Source: Acidimicrobiales bacterium (lineage in GTDB: Bacteria > Actinomycetota > Acidimicrobiia > Acidimicrobiales > Bog-793). From it: a stretch of 64,000 nucleotides of DNA. The notes beneath the pieces are model-generated. The model was not told where the DNA came from. It did not search any database and saw only the letters and a list, made by a program, of their open reading frames with translations. The stretch spans positions 71,764-135,763 of the forward strand of contig DASPQJ010000054.1 in assembly GCA_035625025.1 (NCBI GenBank). The letters are read 5' to 3'. Shown here piece by piece: positions 17,912 through 27,627 of this stretch (its first letter is position 1; each line of letters opens with the position of its first letter). The position numbers and the translations under genes were made by a program.

Positions 17912-19559
17912 GGCTTCCCTTTCCAGTCCCCGGGTCGTGGCCAGGATTTCGCCTTGCAGTCTGCCAGCCGCGGACGGTCGCTGCGACGCCGGCGCTGCCG
18001 ATGTAGACGGCTCCTCCCGCGGCGACCGCGACGAACAGCCGGAGCCAGCCGCCGATCCCATACCCCGTGCCGGTCTCGGCCGTGACGACGGCAACGGCGA
18101 ACGCCATGACGAGGCTGAGGATGACGGAGCGGACCGACGAGAGGACAAGGACCCGGCCGCCGATCGTCCCGAGCCGTTCGCGCAGTACCGACAGGGCGGC
18201 GAACGCGGCGATCGTGTAGGCGATCGAGTACGACAACGCGAGACCACGCACCCCAAGTGGCCGGTACAGGAGCACGGCGACGAAGATATTGAGGCCGTTC
18301 TCAAGCACGTAGAGCACGAAGGCGGAGCGAGTGTCCTGCATGGCCTGGAAAGCGCGGGTCGCGAGGAAAAAAACGCAGTAGCCAGGCAGTCCGAGGGCGA
18401 ACAGCGCCAGCACCGACGCCGTCAGGTGCGCGGCGGCGGTCCCCTCGTTGCCGTGCTGGAGGAGCAGGGTCACCGCCTGGCGGGCAAGGATCAGGTAGCC
18501 GACCGTGGCGGGCAGGATGAGCGCAAGCACCTGGCGCAGGGCCGCACCGAAACGGTTGCCGAGCGCGGGCCACCGGCGCGCCGTTCGCAGGCGGGCGAGG
18601 TCCGGCGAGGCGACGTTGATGATCGAGGTCGCCACAACGGCGAAGGGGAACTGGAAGAACGCGTAGGCGTAGGTGTAGGCGCTGACCGCGCCCGGTCCGA
18701 CGTGGAACTCGAGTGCGAGAACGATGAACAGGGCGATCTGGTTCGCGATCACGAAGCCGAAGGTCCATCCCGACAAGCGCACGATCATGCGGATGGCTGG
18801 ATCGTGCGGATGCCACCGGAATCGCAGCCTGAGGTGTGTCCGCCGCATCGACGGGATGAGAGCCGTGGCCTGTAATGCGACACCGAGAGTCGTGCCGACG
18901 CCCAACAGGACGAGCAATCCGTGGTCATGCTGGACTTGGGTGATCGTCGCGTGCCGCGCGAAGGTGGCAAAGGCGGCGAGGATGCCGATCCCGACGAGGT
19001 TGTTGACAACCGGGACGAACCCGACCGCGCCGAAGCGATCGCGCGTCGCGAGCACCGCAGACATAAGGCTGATCGCTCCGTAGAAGAGAAGCTGGGGCGC
19101 GAAAAACCGAAGCAGTTCGACGGCGACGGCATGTTCGGCCGGGGTGGCCTTGCCGAACGTGAAGGCGGTGATGAGCGCTGGCGCGGCAGCGACGAACGCA
19201 ATCGTCGCGACGACGAGACCGACGCTCGCCAGGGTGACGACAGCCGAGATGGACTCGATCGCTTCAGCCTCGGTGCGGGTGGACAACCGCTCGACGAACA
19301 CGGGGACGAAGGTCGCGGCGAGCACACCGCCAAGGACCAGGTCGTGCACTGCGTTCGGTGTGTTGTTCGCAAGGTTGAAGGAGTCGGCGAGGCGTGATCC
19401 ACCGAGCGCGTACGCGAGAACGACGAGACGGATCAACCCGGTCAGACGGGATGCGACGGTGCCGAGCCCGGTGCCGAACGAGGCCCGGGCGAGGCGGGCC
19501 GAGCGCGCCCGCGAACCGATGATGCCGACACCGTCGCTGGATGGCGTCGGCGGGTTCAC
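17886..19559 (-). CDS. murJ: Lipid II flippase MurJ/MviN
   Basis: Polytopic membrane protein with the MurJ N-terminal signature ..RLTGLIRLVVLAYALGGSRLADSFNLANNTPNAVHDLVLGGVL... The probable start is GTG 19559, which overlaps the upstream gene stop (GTGA) and is preceded by AAGGAG. The track ORF extends to 19640. Confidence 0.92.
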   Translation of the reverse strand: MNPPTPSSDGVGIIGSRARSARLARASFGTGLGTVASRLTGLIRLVVLAYALGGSRLADSFNLANNTPNAVHDLVLGGVLAATFVPVFVERLSTRTEAEAIESISAVVTLASVGLVVATIAFVAAAPALITAFTFGKATPAEHAVAVELLRFFAPQLLFYGAISLMSAVLATRDRFGAVGFVPVVNNLVGIGILAAFATFARHATITQVQHDHGLLVLLGVGTTLGVALQATALIPSMRRTHLRLRFRWHPHDPAIRMIVRLSGWTFGFVIANQIALFIVLALEFHVGPGAVSAYTYAYAFFQFPFAVVATSIINVASPDLARLRTARRWPALGNRFGAALRQVLALILPATVGYLILARQAVTLLLQHGNEGTAAAHLTASVLALFALGLPGYCVFFLATRAFQAMQDTRSAFVLYVLENGLNIFVAVLLYRPLGVRGLALSYSIAYTIAAFAALSVLRERLGTIGGRVLVLSSVRSVILSLVMAFAVAVVTAETGTGYGIGGWLRLFVAVAAGGAVYIGSAGVAATVRGWQTARRNPGHDPGTGKGSREADSHRH

Positions 19560-21694
19560 TCCTTGTTCGCCAGGAGGTGCCCGGCCGCGGCAAGATCGCG
19601 CGTCCGTCGGCGTCTGCGGCGGAAGTGCGAACGTAGCCACCAGAGGGCGAGGACAGCGAGGGCAGCGGCCGAGAGCGCGACAGCGACGATGGAGAAAGCC
19701 GTAGACCGCACGGTGTAGACATCCTCGAACAGGACAATCCCGCCGCGGGGTGACGTGAGCTGGATCCCAATCGTCGACACCCCGGACGTTCTCGCTGTCA
19801 CGGGAATCTCGAGCGGCGAGTTCTTGTGAGCGAGCACGAGCGCGCGGTCCTGATCGCGCGACGCGATCACGAGCGTGCTGCTCGCGAGCTGGAGGATGGT
19901 GTGGATCGGGCTCGGGAAAGTCGAGACGATGGTGATCGGCACGTTGGCCGTCCGTTGTGTGAGCGTCACGGTTCGGGCTCCGGAAACCGAGATGGCGCGC
20001 TCGATCTCGGAGATCGCCGTCAAAGGTTCTGCCGCGTAGGACGCCCAGACAGAGCGCTCAAGTCCCGACGTCTCAGTAAGGAGAACCGCGTCCTTCACTT
20101 TGGCGAGAAAGCTGGTGTCGCCCGGGACGATCGATTCGATCGCGGTTTGCGCGGAGACCGCATTCTGGAGCGACGTGACAAAAAGGTAGGAGGGCATCGA
20201 CGGGTTGGGCACGGTGGTGACGCGTTGCGGCGCGCCGTCGGCACCGACGGGAATCGTCGCGAAAATCGATGCCACGGTCGCCTGCTCGGCGATCGGACTC
20301 GTGTGCAGGCCCGTTAGCACGTCGCGGAGGAACGTCGGGGATTTCGGAAGCTCGGCGGGGGCGACGACGACTCCCCGGGCCTGGGCGCCGAATGGCTCCT
20401 CGAAGTAGATTTGCGCGACTTCGGCGAGGAAACGATGCGCGGCGAGCGCAGGGTCGGCGTCGCTGGCGAAGTGGGTCGCGAGGGACGAGTCGGCGACGAC
20501 GGCGGGTAATCCGACGGCAGCCGGCGTCGACGACTTCGCGGGAGATGAATTCAGGCGCAAGGGAGACCATCGGTTCATCGGCCCTGTCACGGGCAGTCCC
20601 GCGTCAGGGATAACGACCCGTTTGACGTGTTCCTTGACGAGGTCGGCGAGGCTGGTGTTGTCGATCGGCGTCGTCGACAGATAGGTACTCCAGGAGGGAG
20701 CGGCGACCAGAGTGGTCCGGAAGACGCTGGCGGCCCGGCTGAGCTGGCTGTCGAGTTCGCTGCTCATCCCGGCCGAGGTCAGTGTGTCGAGGTTCACCGG
20801 GGTGAAGGGTGCTTCGAGGAACTCGACGGTTCGCGACGAATGCCACCGCTTGACGAGGGTGCGTAGCTCCGCGAGCACCACCTTGGCTGTGTGTGACGGC
20901 GTCTCGGCGAGCGCCGCGAGGAGCTGCGAGTACACCTCAAGAGTCAGCCGGGAGTCGTGATCGCGCAGAATCGAGGACAAAGTCGCGGCGAGAGAGCTGA
21001 TTTCCCGAGTCGTCAACGTCGAGGCTCCCGCGGCGTCGAGCGTCGGCGCGACACCGAAGGGGAGCACGAGCGCGACGCGCAACGGGGTCGACCCTGGTTG
21101 GCCGGCAACATAGACGAGGAACGTCGTGAACGACGTCAGGGCCGTGTCGTTCGCCGTGTCGACGACGGTCACCTCCAACGGGTAGACGCCGTCGCAGGCG
21201 AGTTTGGGGCAGTCGAGTGCTAATTCCGGGGACCCGAGCGGCCTGGGCCCGGCCGCGGCCGTTATGGTGACACGGACGTGGATCGCGACGCCAAGGGTTT
21301 CTGTTCCCGTCCCCGTGACGGTGAGCGCATGTAGGGGGATGATCGGCGTCGAGTCGAGGACGAGCTCGTTCGGTGCCTGTTTGCCGGACTCGGAAAGGCC
21401 GAACGCGTAGCGAGTCGTTAGTCGGGAGTAAACGATCAGTTTGAGGCCGAGTTCCGAGCTCGGCTCCGACGAGCGAATCGCAAGGTGAAGGGACATCGAG
21501 GAGCCGGTTACCCAGTTGGTCTGGGTGACCAGGGTGACGCTGGTGCGACCGACATCGTTGCGGCGCGCACCGGCTGCCGTTCCGGACGGCGCGATAACAG
21601 TGACGACGAGAGCCGCGGCCAGGAGTGAGCCGAACAGCGCTGCGCGCGCGCACCGGGCCGCGTTCGCGCCGATCGACAATTGCGAGCAAGCCAC
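19556..21694 (-). CDS. Large secreted/membrane-anchored conserved protein (Rv3909/DUF6049-like) upstream of murJ
   Basis: 712-aa ORF with an N-terminal signal/TM segment (FGSLLAAALVVTVIAP), a C-terminal TM anchor (AFSIVAVALSAAALAVLALWWL) and a basic tail. Its position immediately upstream of murJ matches the actinobacterial DUF6049 gene. The family assignment comes from synteny and architecture, not from a search. Confidence 0.6.
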   Translation of the reverse strand: MACSQLSIGANAARCARAALFGSLLAAALVVTVIAPSGTAAGARRNDVGRTSVTLVTQTNWVTGSSMSLHLAIRSSEPSSELGLKLIVYSRLTTRYAFGLSESGKQAPNELVLDSTPIIPLHALTVTGTGTETLGVAIHVRVTITAAAGPRPLGSPELALDCPKLACDGVYPLEVTVVDTANDTALTSFTTFLVYVAGQPGSTPLRVALVLPFGVAPTLDAAGASTLTTREISSLAATLSSILRDHDSRLTLEVYSQLLAALAETPSHTAKVVLAELRTLVKRWHSSRTVEFLEAPFTPVNLDTLTSAGMSSELDSQLSRAASVFRTTLVAAPSWSTYLSTTPIDNTSLADLVKEHVKRVVIPDAGLPVTGPMNRWSPLRLNSSPAKSSTPAAVGLPAVVADSSLATHFASDADPALAAHRFLAEVAQIYFEEPFGAQARGVVVAPAELPKSPTFLRDVLTGLHTSPIAEQATVASIFATIPVGADGAPQRVTTVPNPSMPSYLFVTSLQNAVSAQTAIESIVPGDTSFLAKVKDAVLLTETSGLERSVWASYAAEPLTAISEIERAISVSGARTVTLTQRTANVPITIVSTFPSPIHTILQLASSTLVIASRDQDRALVLAHKNSPLEIPVTARTSGVSTIGIQLTSPRGGIVLFEDVYTVRSTAFSIVAVALSAAALAVLALWWLRSHFRRRRRRTRDLAAAGHLLANKE

Positions 21695-21815
21695 GGGTGG
21701 CGATGTCCTCCGATCGCGCCGTTCGAGGGGGAGCCTAGTGTCGCGACGATTCCCAGGTCAGACGGGGCTGGCCGATCCGGGGGGTTGGGGCGGCCGCAGG
21801 CTACCCTCACGAGCC

Positions 21816-23219
21816 GTGGTCCCCGAACGCGTCCTTCCCCTTGTCGAGGAGACGGCGGAGCTCGTTCGTCGTTTCGTCGCGGCCGACAAGCACCTCTACG
21901 TTGTCGGCGGGACCGTGCGGGACGCCGTAATTGGTCCGCCCGGGGGCGGCGAACCGTTCGGACCGGACGCCGACATCGATTTCACGACGGACGCGCTTCC
22001 CGACGAGATCGAAGCTCTCATCGCCGGGTGGGCGGAAGCCGTCTGGTCACAGGGCAGGCGCTTCGGCACGATCGGCTGTTTGCACGCGGGTCGGCGTTTC
22101 GAGATCACGACACACCGCGCCGAGGCGTATCTCCCGGAGTCCCGCAAGCCCGAGGTCCGGTTCGGCAGCGACATTGTGGCTGATCTGTCGCGCCGGGACT
22201 TCACTGTCAACGCGATGGCCCTGCGACTGCCGGAGCTGGAACTCGTCGACCCGTTCGACGGACTCGGCGACCTCGGGGCCCGTACGTTGCGCACACCGCT
22301 CGACCCGACGACGTCGTTCTCGGACGACCCGCTGCGCATGCTACGCGCAGCCCGCTTTCTCGCCGGGTACTCGCTCAAGCCTTCTCCGGAGCTCGTCGCC
22401 GCGGTGAGCGCGCTTCGGGAACGGCTGTCGATCGTCTCGCCGGAACGTATTCGCGACGAGCTCAACCGATTGATCGCGCTCCCGGAGCCCGAGGCGGGGC
22501 TGTGGTTCGTCGTGACGAGTGGCCTCGCCGAGGTGTTCGTTCCCGAGATCCCGGCTCTCGCGCTCGAACAGGACACGATCCACCGCCACAAGGACGTGCT
22601 CGCCCACACGATCGCCGTTGTCGGCAAGACCCGTCCGGACAGGATCCTCCGGCTCGCCGCGCTCTTTCACGACATCGGCAAACCGAGGACGCGCGCGATC
22701 GGACCCGATGGCGTGTCGTTTCACCATCACGACGTTGTCGGCGCGCGCATGGCACGGCAGCGCCTCGAGGCGCTGCGTTACCCGACGGCTGAGATCGACG
22801 ACGTCACGCGCCTCATTGAGCTGCACTTGCGATTCCACACCTACAGGATGGGATGGACGGACTCCGCGCTCCGGCGCTACGCGCGGGACGCGGGACCCCT
22901 TCTGGAGCGCCTCAACGAGCTGACCCGGGCGGACTGCACGACGCGCAATGCCGACCGGGCCAGCGAGCTCGAACGAGGCGTCGACGAGCTGGAGGCGCGC
23001 CTCGCCGAGCTCGCTGAGCGGGAGACGTTCGACTCGATCCGACCGGAGCTGAACGGCGACGCGGTCATGGCGCGCCTTGGGATCCCGCCGGGCAAGGCCG
23101 TGGGTCGAGCTCTGCGGTTCCTTCTCGAGATCCGGCTCGAGGAGGGCCTCATCGGCGAGGCGGAAGCGGGTCGACGGCTCGACGCCTGGTGGGAGGTCGA
23201 GCGTTCCCGCCCGGCCTGA
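21816..23219 (+). CDS. cca: CCA-adding tRNA nucleotidyltransferase (PcnA-type, with HD domain)
   Basis: Pol-beta nucleotidyltransferase motif YVVGGTVRD..DIDFTT and an HD region HRHKDVLAHT..LFHDIGKP. The track ORF (from 21516) is over-extended across the divergent promoter. GTG 21816 is my best start, but it is uncertain. Confidence 0.88.
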   Translation: MVPERVLPLVEETAELVRRFVAADKHLYVVGGTVRDAVIGPPGGGEPFGPDADIDFTTDALPDEIEALIAGWAEAVWSQGRRFGTIGCLHAGRRFEITTHRAEAYLPESRKPEVRFGSDIVADLSRRDFTVNAMALRLPELELVDPFDGLGDLGARTLRTPLDPTTSFSDDPLRMLRAARFLAGYSLKPSPELVAAVSALRERLSIVSPERIRDELNRLIALPEPEAGLWFVVTSGLAEVFVPEIPALALEQDTIHRHKDVLAHTIAVVGKTRPDRILRLAALFHDIGKPRTRAIGPDGVSFHHHDVVGARMARQRLEALRYPTAEIDDVTRLIELHLRFHTYRMGWTDSALRRYARDAGPLLERLNELTRADCTTRNADRASELERGVDELEARLAELAERETFDSIRPELNGDAVMARLGIPPGKAVGRALRFLLEIRLEEGLIGEAEAGRRLDAWWEVERSRPA

Positions 23220-23231
23220 GGCGGATGCGGT

Positions 23232-24314
23232 TCAGTCGCCCGCCACGAACCGTTCGACGAGCTCGTAGGCCTCGTTGTCGTGGTACTGCACGGGGGGCGA
23301 CTTCATGAAGTACGACGACGGACCGATGAGGGGTCCGGCGAGTCCGCGGTCGAGACCGAGACGCGCACAGCGCACAGCGTCGATGATGACACCCGCGGAG
23401 TTCGGCGAATCCCACACCTCGAGCTTCAGTTCGACGTTGAGGGGCACGTCGCCGAAGTTCCGCCCCTCGAGTCGCACGTAGGCCCACTTGCGGTCCTCGA
23501 GCCAGGGGACGTGGTCCGACGGCCCGATGTGGACACAGTCCTCGCCGATCCGGTGGTTGATCTGGCTCGTTACGGCCCGGGTCTTCGAGATCTTCTTCGA
23601 CTCGAGCCGCTCGCGTTCGAGCATGTTCTTGAAGTCCATGTTGCCGCCGAAGTTCAACTGATAAGTACGGTCGAGGGCGGTCCCACGATCTTCGAACAGG
23701 CGCGTAAGCACCCGGTGGATGATCGTGGAGCCGACCTGACTTTTCACATCGTCGCCGATGATCGGCACGCCGGCCTTCTCGAAGCGGGCCGCCCAGACCG
23801 GGTCGCTGGCGATGAAAACCGGGATCGCGTTGACGAAAGCGACATCGGCCTCGAGCGCGGCAGCGGCGTAGTGCTTCTGGGCGCGCTCCGAACCGACGGG
23901 CAGGAAGGCGACGAGAACCTCGGCGCCCGTACGGCGCAGCACATCGGCGACATCGACCGGCGGCGCCGGTGATTCCTCGATGACCTCGCGGTAGTACTTG
24001 CCGAGTCCGTCGAGAGTCGGTCCGCGGTCCACGGTCACTCCGGTCGTCGGCACGTCGCAGAACCGGATGGTGTTGTTCTGGCCGGACTGGATGGCTTTGT
24101 TGAGGTCGAGGCCGACTTTCTCGGCGTCGACGTCGAAGGCCGCGACGAGGTCAAGGTCCCCCACGTGATAGCCGCCGAGCGAGACGTGCATGAGACCGGG
24201 AACGGTCTCGTCCACGTTCGCATCCCGGTAGTACTCAACACCCTGGATGAGCGAGCTCGCGCAGTTGCCGATTCCGGCAATCGCGAGCTTGATTCTCCCC
24301 TTCGGGCTGGTCAT
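23232..24314 (-). CDS. ino1: myo-Inositol-1-phosphate synthase
   Basis: ..[24 protein letters not shown].. together with the conserved ino1-padR pairing (Rv0046c/Rv0047c-like). The likely start is ATG 24314 (MTSPKG..), preceded by GGAAGGGAA. Confidence 0.93.
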   Translation of the reverse strand: MTSPKGRIKLAIAGIGNCASSLIQGVEYYRDANVDETVPGLMHVSLGGYHVGDLDLVAAFDVDAEKVGLDLNKAIQSGQNNTIRFCDVPTTGVTVDRGPTLDGLGKYYREVIEESPAPPVDVADVLRRTGAEVLVAFLPVGSERAQKHYAAAALEADVAFVNAIPVFIASDPVWAARFEKAGVPIIGDDVKSQVGSTIIHRVLTRLFEDRGTALDRTYQLNFGGNMDFKNMLERERLESKKISKTRAVTSQINHRIGEDCVHIGPSDHVPWLEDRKWAYVRLEGRNFGDVPLNVELKLEVWDSPNSAGVIIDAVRCARLGLDRGLAGPLIGPSSYFMKSPPVQYHDNEAYELVERFVAGD

Positions 24315-24331
24315 AGCCGTTCCCTTCCGTC

Positions 24332-25105
24332 TCATGGCCATTGCCTCGTCTCAACTGCGGTACCCGCTCCGGCGGTCGCGGGCAAAGTGCGGTTGCTGAG
24401 GTCCGTCCCGGTCGCCGTCGCGGGGCGCGGCTCGGTACGCACCGACGTCATGTCGCGGTTCGAGCGGACGAGCGCCGTCCGCTCCCGGTCGAGGAGCCGC
24501 TCCACCCACGTCAGGTCGTTGGCGACCGTCTCTTGGGCGTGCTCGGCGATTGACTGCTCGTACGGGTCCAAAGGCCGTTCCCGGCGCAGGAGGGACCGTT
24601 CGCCGCGCTGAAGTCTGTCGAGGAGCTCGCCGCGCCGGCGCTCGAGCAGGCGGATGCGGGCCTGCGGGCTGAGGTGCCGGGCGAAAGCGAGCCGGAGCGA
24701 GAAGCCGCGCGGATCTCCGGCGGGTCCGTCGGCGGACTGGAGCAACTGCTCGAACATCTCCTCTCCGTGCGGCGTGATCTCGTAGACCTTGCGAGCCCGC
24801 GTACTGCGCCCTCCGAGCGCGATCGCCGCTTTCGCCGTCGCCCGGCGGGCGACGATGGCCGCCCGCTCGCCGGTGAGCGAACCTGTGAGCGGCACGTCCT
24901 GTTCCACGTGGCGCCCGCGGCGCAGGGGCGGCAGGGGTTCGGTTGCCTGGACCGCAAGGGAAGCCTCGAGACGGGCGAGAGCGGGATAAAGCGATCCAAA
25001 GGAGAGGTTCGACAGGACGCCGAAGTCCGCGCGCAGGGACTTGCGGATGTCGTAACCGTGCATCGGCCGCTCCTTGAGCAGGCCGAGGATCGCTAGTTCA
25101 AGCAC
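24332..25105 (-). CDS. PadR family transcriptional regulator
   Basis: Winged-helix N-terminus [36 protein letters not shown].. plus a PadR-type C-terminal domain. The likely start is GTG 25105; the track ORF extends to 25183. Confidence 0.88.
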   Translation of the reverse strand: MLELAILGLLKERPMHGYDIRKSLRADFGVLSNLSFGSLYPALARLEASLAVQATEPLPPLRRGRHVEQDVPLTGSLTGERAAIVARRATAKAAIALGGRSTRARKVYEITPHGEEMFEQLLQSADGPAGDPRGFSLRLAFARHLSPQARIRLLERRRGELLDRLQRGERSLLRRERPLDPYEQSIAEHAQETVANDLTWVERLLDRERTALVRSNRDMTSVRTEPRPATATGTDLSNRTLPATAGAGTAVETRQWP

Positions 25106-25124
25106 AGGACGATCGTAACAGCCG

Positions 25125-25143
25125 ATGTATCGTCTCGATATGT
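25125..25143. promoter_or_regulatory. Imperfect palindrome in the padR / Rv0049-like divergent promoter (candidate PadR operator)
   Basis: ATGTATCG-tct-CGATATGT. The inner arms TATCG/CGATA are perfect, and the element contains the ATGT tetrads typical of PadR operators. Confidence 0.3.
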
Positions 25144-25233
25144 CGATTCCGTGACGGTCGGGTTCTCCCCGTCGAGTTCGCACCGACCGGACTCAGGCGT
25201 CGAGCGGCCGCTGGGTCCGGATAGCCTGGCGCC

Positions 25234-25650
25234 GTGCGACCGGAGCCCGAGTTCGTCACCCGCCGATATGTTCCGACGGGCCTCGGCCAGATTGAATACC
25301 GCCTTGTCCGTGATTCAGTCGTGCGCGAGTTCCGGCGGGGACGCCTCTCCCGGCTCGAGGTCTGTGACGCCCATCCGGAGCTGATGCGCGTCGCGCGCAA
25401 CTTGGGCCGGGCGACCGAAGTGGACTGTCCGATCTGCGACGAGAGCAAACTCGTTCACGTCGCCTTCGCTTTTGGGCCACGCCTGCCTCCCGGGGGGAGA
25501 GCGCTCCGGATGGACGGCGAGATGCGCGCTCTCGCGCGCCAACGCGACGACGTCGCTTTCTACATCGTCGAGGTCTGTACGCAGTGTTCGTGGAACCACC
25601 TGCTGCGGATGTTCCCGGCGCCGGTGGCGCGGGCCCGACTGTTTGCTTGA
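25234..25650 (+). CDS. Small conserved Cys4 protein (Rv0049/DUF5318-like)
   Basis: 138-aa ORF with CPICDE...CTQCSWNH (a CxxC...CxxC arrangement). It is divergent from padR-ino1, as Rv0049 is in mycobacteria. The family name is from memory of synteny, not a search. Confidence 0.6.
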   Translation: MRPEPEFVTRRYVPTGLGQIEYRLVRDSVVREFRRGRLSRLEVCDAHPELMRVARNLGRATEVDCPICDESKLVHVAFAFGPRLPPGGRALRMDGEMRALARQRDDVAFYIVEVCTQCSWNHLLRMFPAPVARARLFA

Positions 25651-25765
25651 CGCGACGCCCACGCCGAAAGACGGTGCTCGTGGGGCCGGGGTGCCCGGGC
25701 CGCGTCTTCCGGGTACCCTGGGATCGCCGCCGGCAGCGAAGCGCGCTGGACGGTAGGAGGGCAAG

Positions 25766-26617
25766 ATGCGAGATCGCGTGACTGTCCCGTCGATCGCGGT
25801 CCGCAAGCGCTCCCGGGGCGCGCCGCCGATCGTCATGGTGACCGCGTACGACACCCCGTTCGCCCGCATCGTCGACGACGCCGGTGTCGACATCATCCTC
25901 GTCGGCGATTCAGTGGGGAACAACGTTCTCGGCTACGAGAATTCGCTCGCCGTCGATGTCGGCCAGATGGTTCACCACGTCGGCGCGGTCGCCCGCGCCA
26001 ATCCGAGCGCGTTGATAGTCGGCGATCTGCCCTGGATGAGTTACCACGTCGAGTCGTCCGACACGGTGCGCAACGCCGCGGCGCTCGTACGAGCTGGGGC
26101 ACAGGCCGTGAAGCTCGAGGGGGGTCGACGCCGGATCCCGGCCGTCCGGGCGATCCTCGACTCTGAGATTCCCGTCATGGGCCATCTCGGGCTGACGCCG
26201 CAGTCCCTCCACGCCATGGGCGGTTTCGCCGTCCAGGGAAAGCACGTCGAGGCGGCGCGCCAGCTCGAACTGGACGCACGGGTTCTCAGCGCGGCGGGAT
26301 GCTTCGCGATCGTGCTCGAAGGCGTCCCCGACCTCGTGGCGTCGAGGGTGACCGCGGCAATCGAAATCCCGACGATCGGCATTGGTGCGGGTCCTGCCTG
26401 CGACGGCCAGGTGCTCGTCCTTCACGACCTGCTCGGCCTTTCCGGCGGTCACGTCCCGAAGTTCGTCCGTCAGTACGCGGACCTCACCGTTGTCGCCCGC
26501 GAGGCCATCACCCGGTTCGCCGCCGACGTGCGTTCGGGTTCGTACCCTTCGCCGGAGGAGACCTACCACGCGACACCCGATCTGGAACGGGAGCTGAAGG
26601 ACGCGCCACAGCGGTGA
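25766..26617 (+). CDS. panB: 3-methyl-2-oxobutanoate hydroxymethyltransferase
   Basis: ..IVMVTAYDTPFARIVDDAGVDIILVGDSVGNNVLGY.. and ..AVKLEGG.. motifs. Confidence 0.94.
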   Translation: MRDRVTVPSIAVRKRSRGAPPIVMVTAYDTPFARIVDDAGVDIILVGDSVGNNVLGYENSLAVDVGQMVHHVGAVARANPSALIVGDLPWMSYHVESSDTVRNAAALVRAGAQAVKLEGGRRRIPAVRAILDSEIPVMGHLGLTPQSLHAMGGFAVQGKHVEAARQLELDARVLSAAGCFAIVLEGVPDLVASRVTAAIEIPTIGIGAGPACDGQVLVLHDLLGLSGGHVPKFVRQYADLTVVAREAITRFAADVRSGSYPSPEETYHATPDLERELKDAPQR

Positions 26618-26798
26618 CCGCACAGGCCAGGAGTCGGTAGGCAGAGCGATACTGCGCGCCGCAAAGATGCCCTGGCGCGAATGTCAGCGAGGAGAACAGG
26701 AGTCTTCGGCTACCATGACGAGGTCATATTCACCCCTGCTCCGGTGCGTCCGGGGCCCCGGACGTCGACGACGCCGGGTCCGGAGGAGGTGAGCCGTC

Positions 26799-27140
26799 CT
26801 GCGGCCCTATGAGATCGCTGTCATCTTTGATGTCGGCCTTGATGAGAACGACATTCGGGCGACGACGGACCATGTCGCCGAACTTGTGCGTTCGCGTGGT
26901 GGGTCCGTCGGTCACATCGAGCGTTGGGGTCGCCGGACTTTCGCCTACGAACTGAAGCACAAGACCGAAGGCTTCTACTTGTTCATGGAAGTCGTCGCGG
27001 AACCGGCGACCATCGCCGAGGTCGACCGGGTGCTGACGCTCGCCGACGAGGTCCTGCGCCACCGAATCATCCGCCAGCCGGAGAAGCTGGCGGGTCGCGT
27101 CCCGGTCGGCGAGACGCCGAACGACGCTCCGGCGGGCTAG
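26799..27140 (+). CDS. rpsF: 30S ribosomal protein S6
   Basis: The track ORF starts at GTG 26886. The frame is open from TGA 26790-26792, and codons from CTG 26799 read (M)RPYEIAVIFDVGLDENDIRATTDHVAELVRSRGG..WGRRTFAYEL... This aligns residue-for-residue with S6 N-termini (MRPYEI..). GGAGGAGG lies 9 nt upstream of the CTG. Confidence 0.92.
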   Translation: MRPYEIAVIFDVGLDENDIRATTDHVAELVRSRGGSVGHIERWGRRTFAYELKHKTEGFYLFMEVVAEPATIAEVDRVLTLADEVLRHRIIRQPEKLAGRVPVGETPNDAPAG

Positions 27141-27162
27141 TCGAGGAAACGGAGACGGAGAA

Positions 27163-27627
27163 ATGGCAAACGGCAATACGGTCGTACTTGTCGGGAACGT
27201 GACGAGAGATCCCGAACTGCGCTTCACGCCGGCCGGTCAGGCGACGGCGAGCTTCGGGCTCGCCGTCAACCGTCGCTGGCAGAACCGCCAGACCAGCGAG
27301 TGGGAGGAGGCGACGTCGTTCTTCGACGTTGTCTGCTGGCGCGAAATGGCCGAGAACGTCAGCGAGTCGCTCGTGAAAGGGGCGCGTGTGATCGTGACAG
27401 GTCGGCTCGAACAGCGCTCCTGGGAAACCCCGGACGGGGACAAGCGCACAAAGATCGAGGTCATTGCCGATGAACTTGGTCCGAGCTTGCGCTGGGCAAC
27501 GGCGCAGATCGTGAAGAACGAGCGGCGCAGTCCTGCCGGTGAGGCCAGATCCTCTGGGGGTGGCGCGAGGTCAAGCCGCGCCGGGGCGAACGAACCCGTG
27601 GTCGGCGAGGACGAGGAGCCTTTCTGA
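27163..27627 (+). CDS. ssb: Single-stranded DNA-binding protein
   Basis: OB-fold N-terminus [34 protein letters not shown].., a Gly/Ser-rich linker, and the acidic tip DEEPF. Confidence 0.96.
   Translation: MANGNTVVLVGNVTRDPELRFTPAGQATASFGLAVNRRWQNRQTSEWEEATSFFDVVCWREMAENVSESLVKGARVIVTGRLEQRSWETPDGDKRTKIEVIADELGPSLRWATAQIVKNERRSPAGEARSSGGGARSSRAGANEPVVGEDEEPF

Noticed and set aside
17622-18875. 417-aa plus-strand ORF, and the 17912-18304 extension of the degV ORF
   Set aside because: Both overlap the polytopic murJ frame. The first is an antisense shadow. The second is an out-of-frame upstream extension with no DegV homology.
21516-21815. Upstream extension of the cca ORF
   Set aside because: It overlaps the 5' end of the divergent DUF6049-like gene and the promoter spacer. 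Homology to CCA-adding enzymes begins only around 21816.
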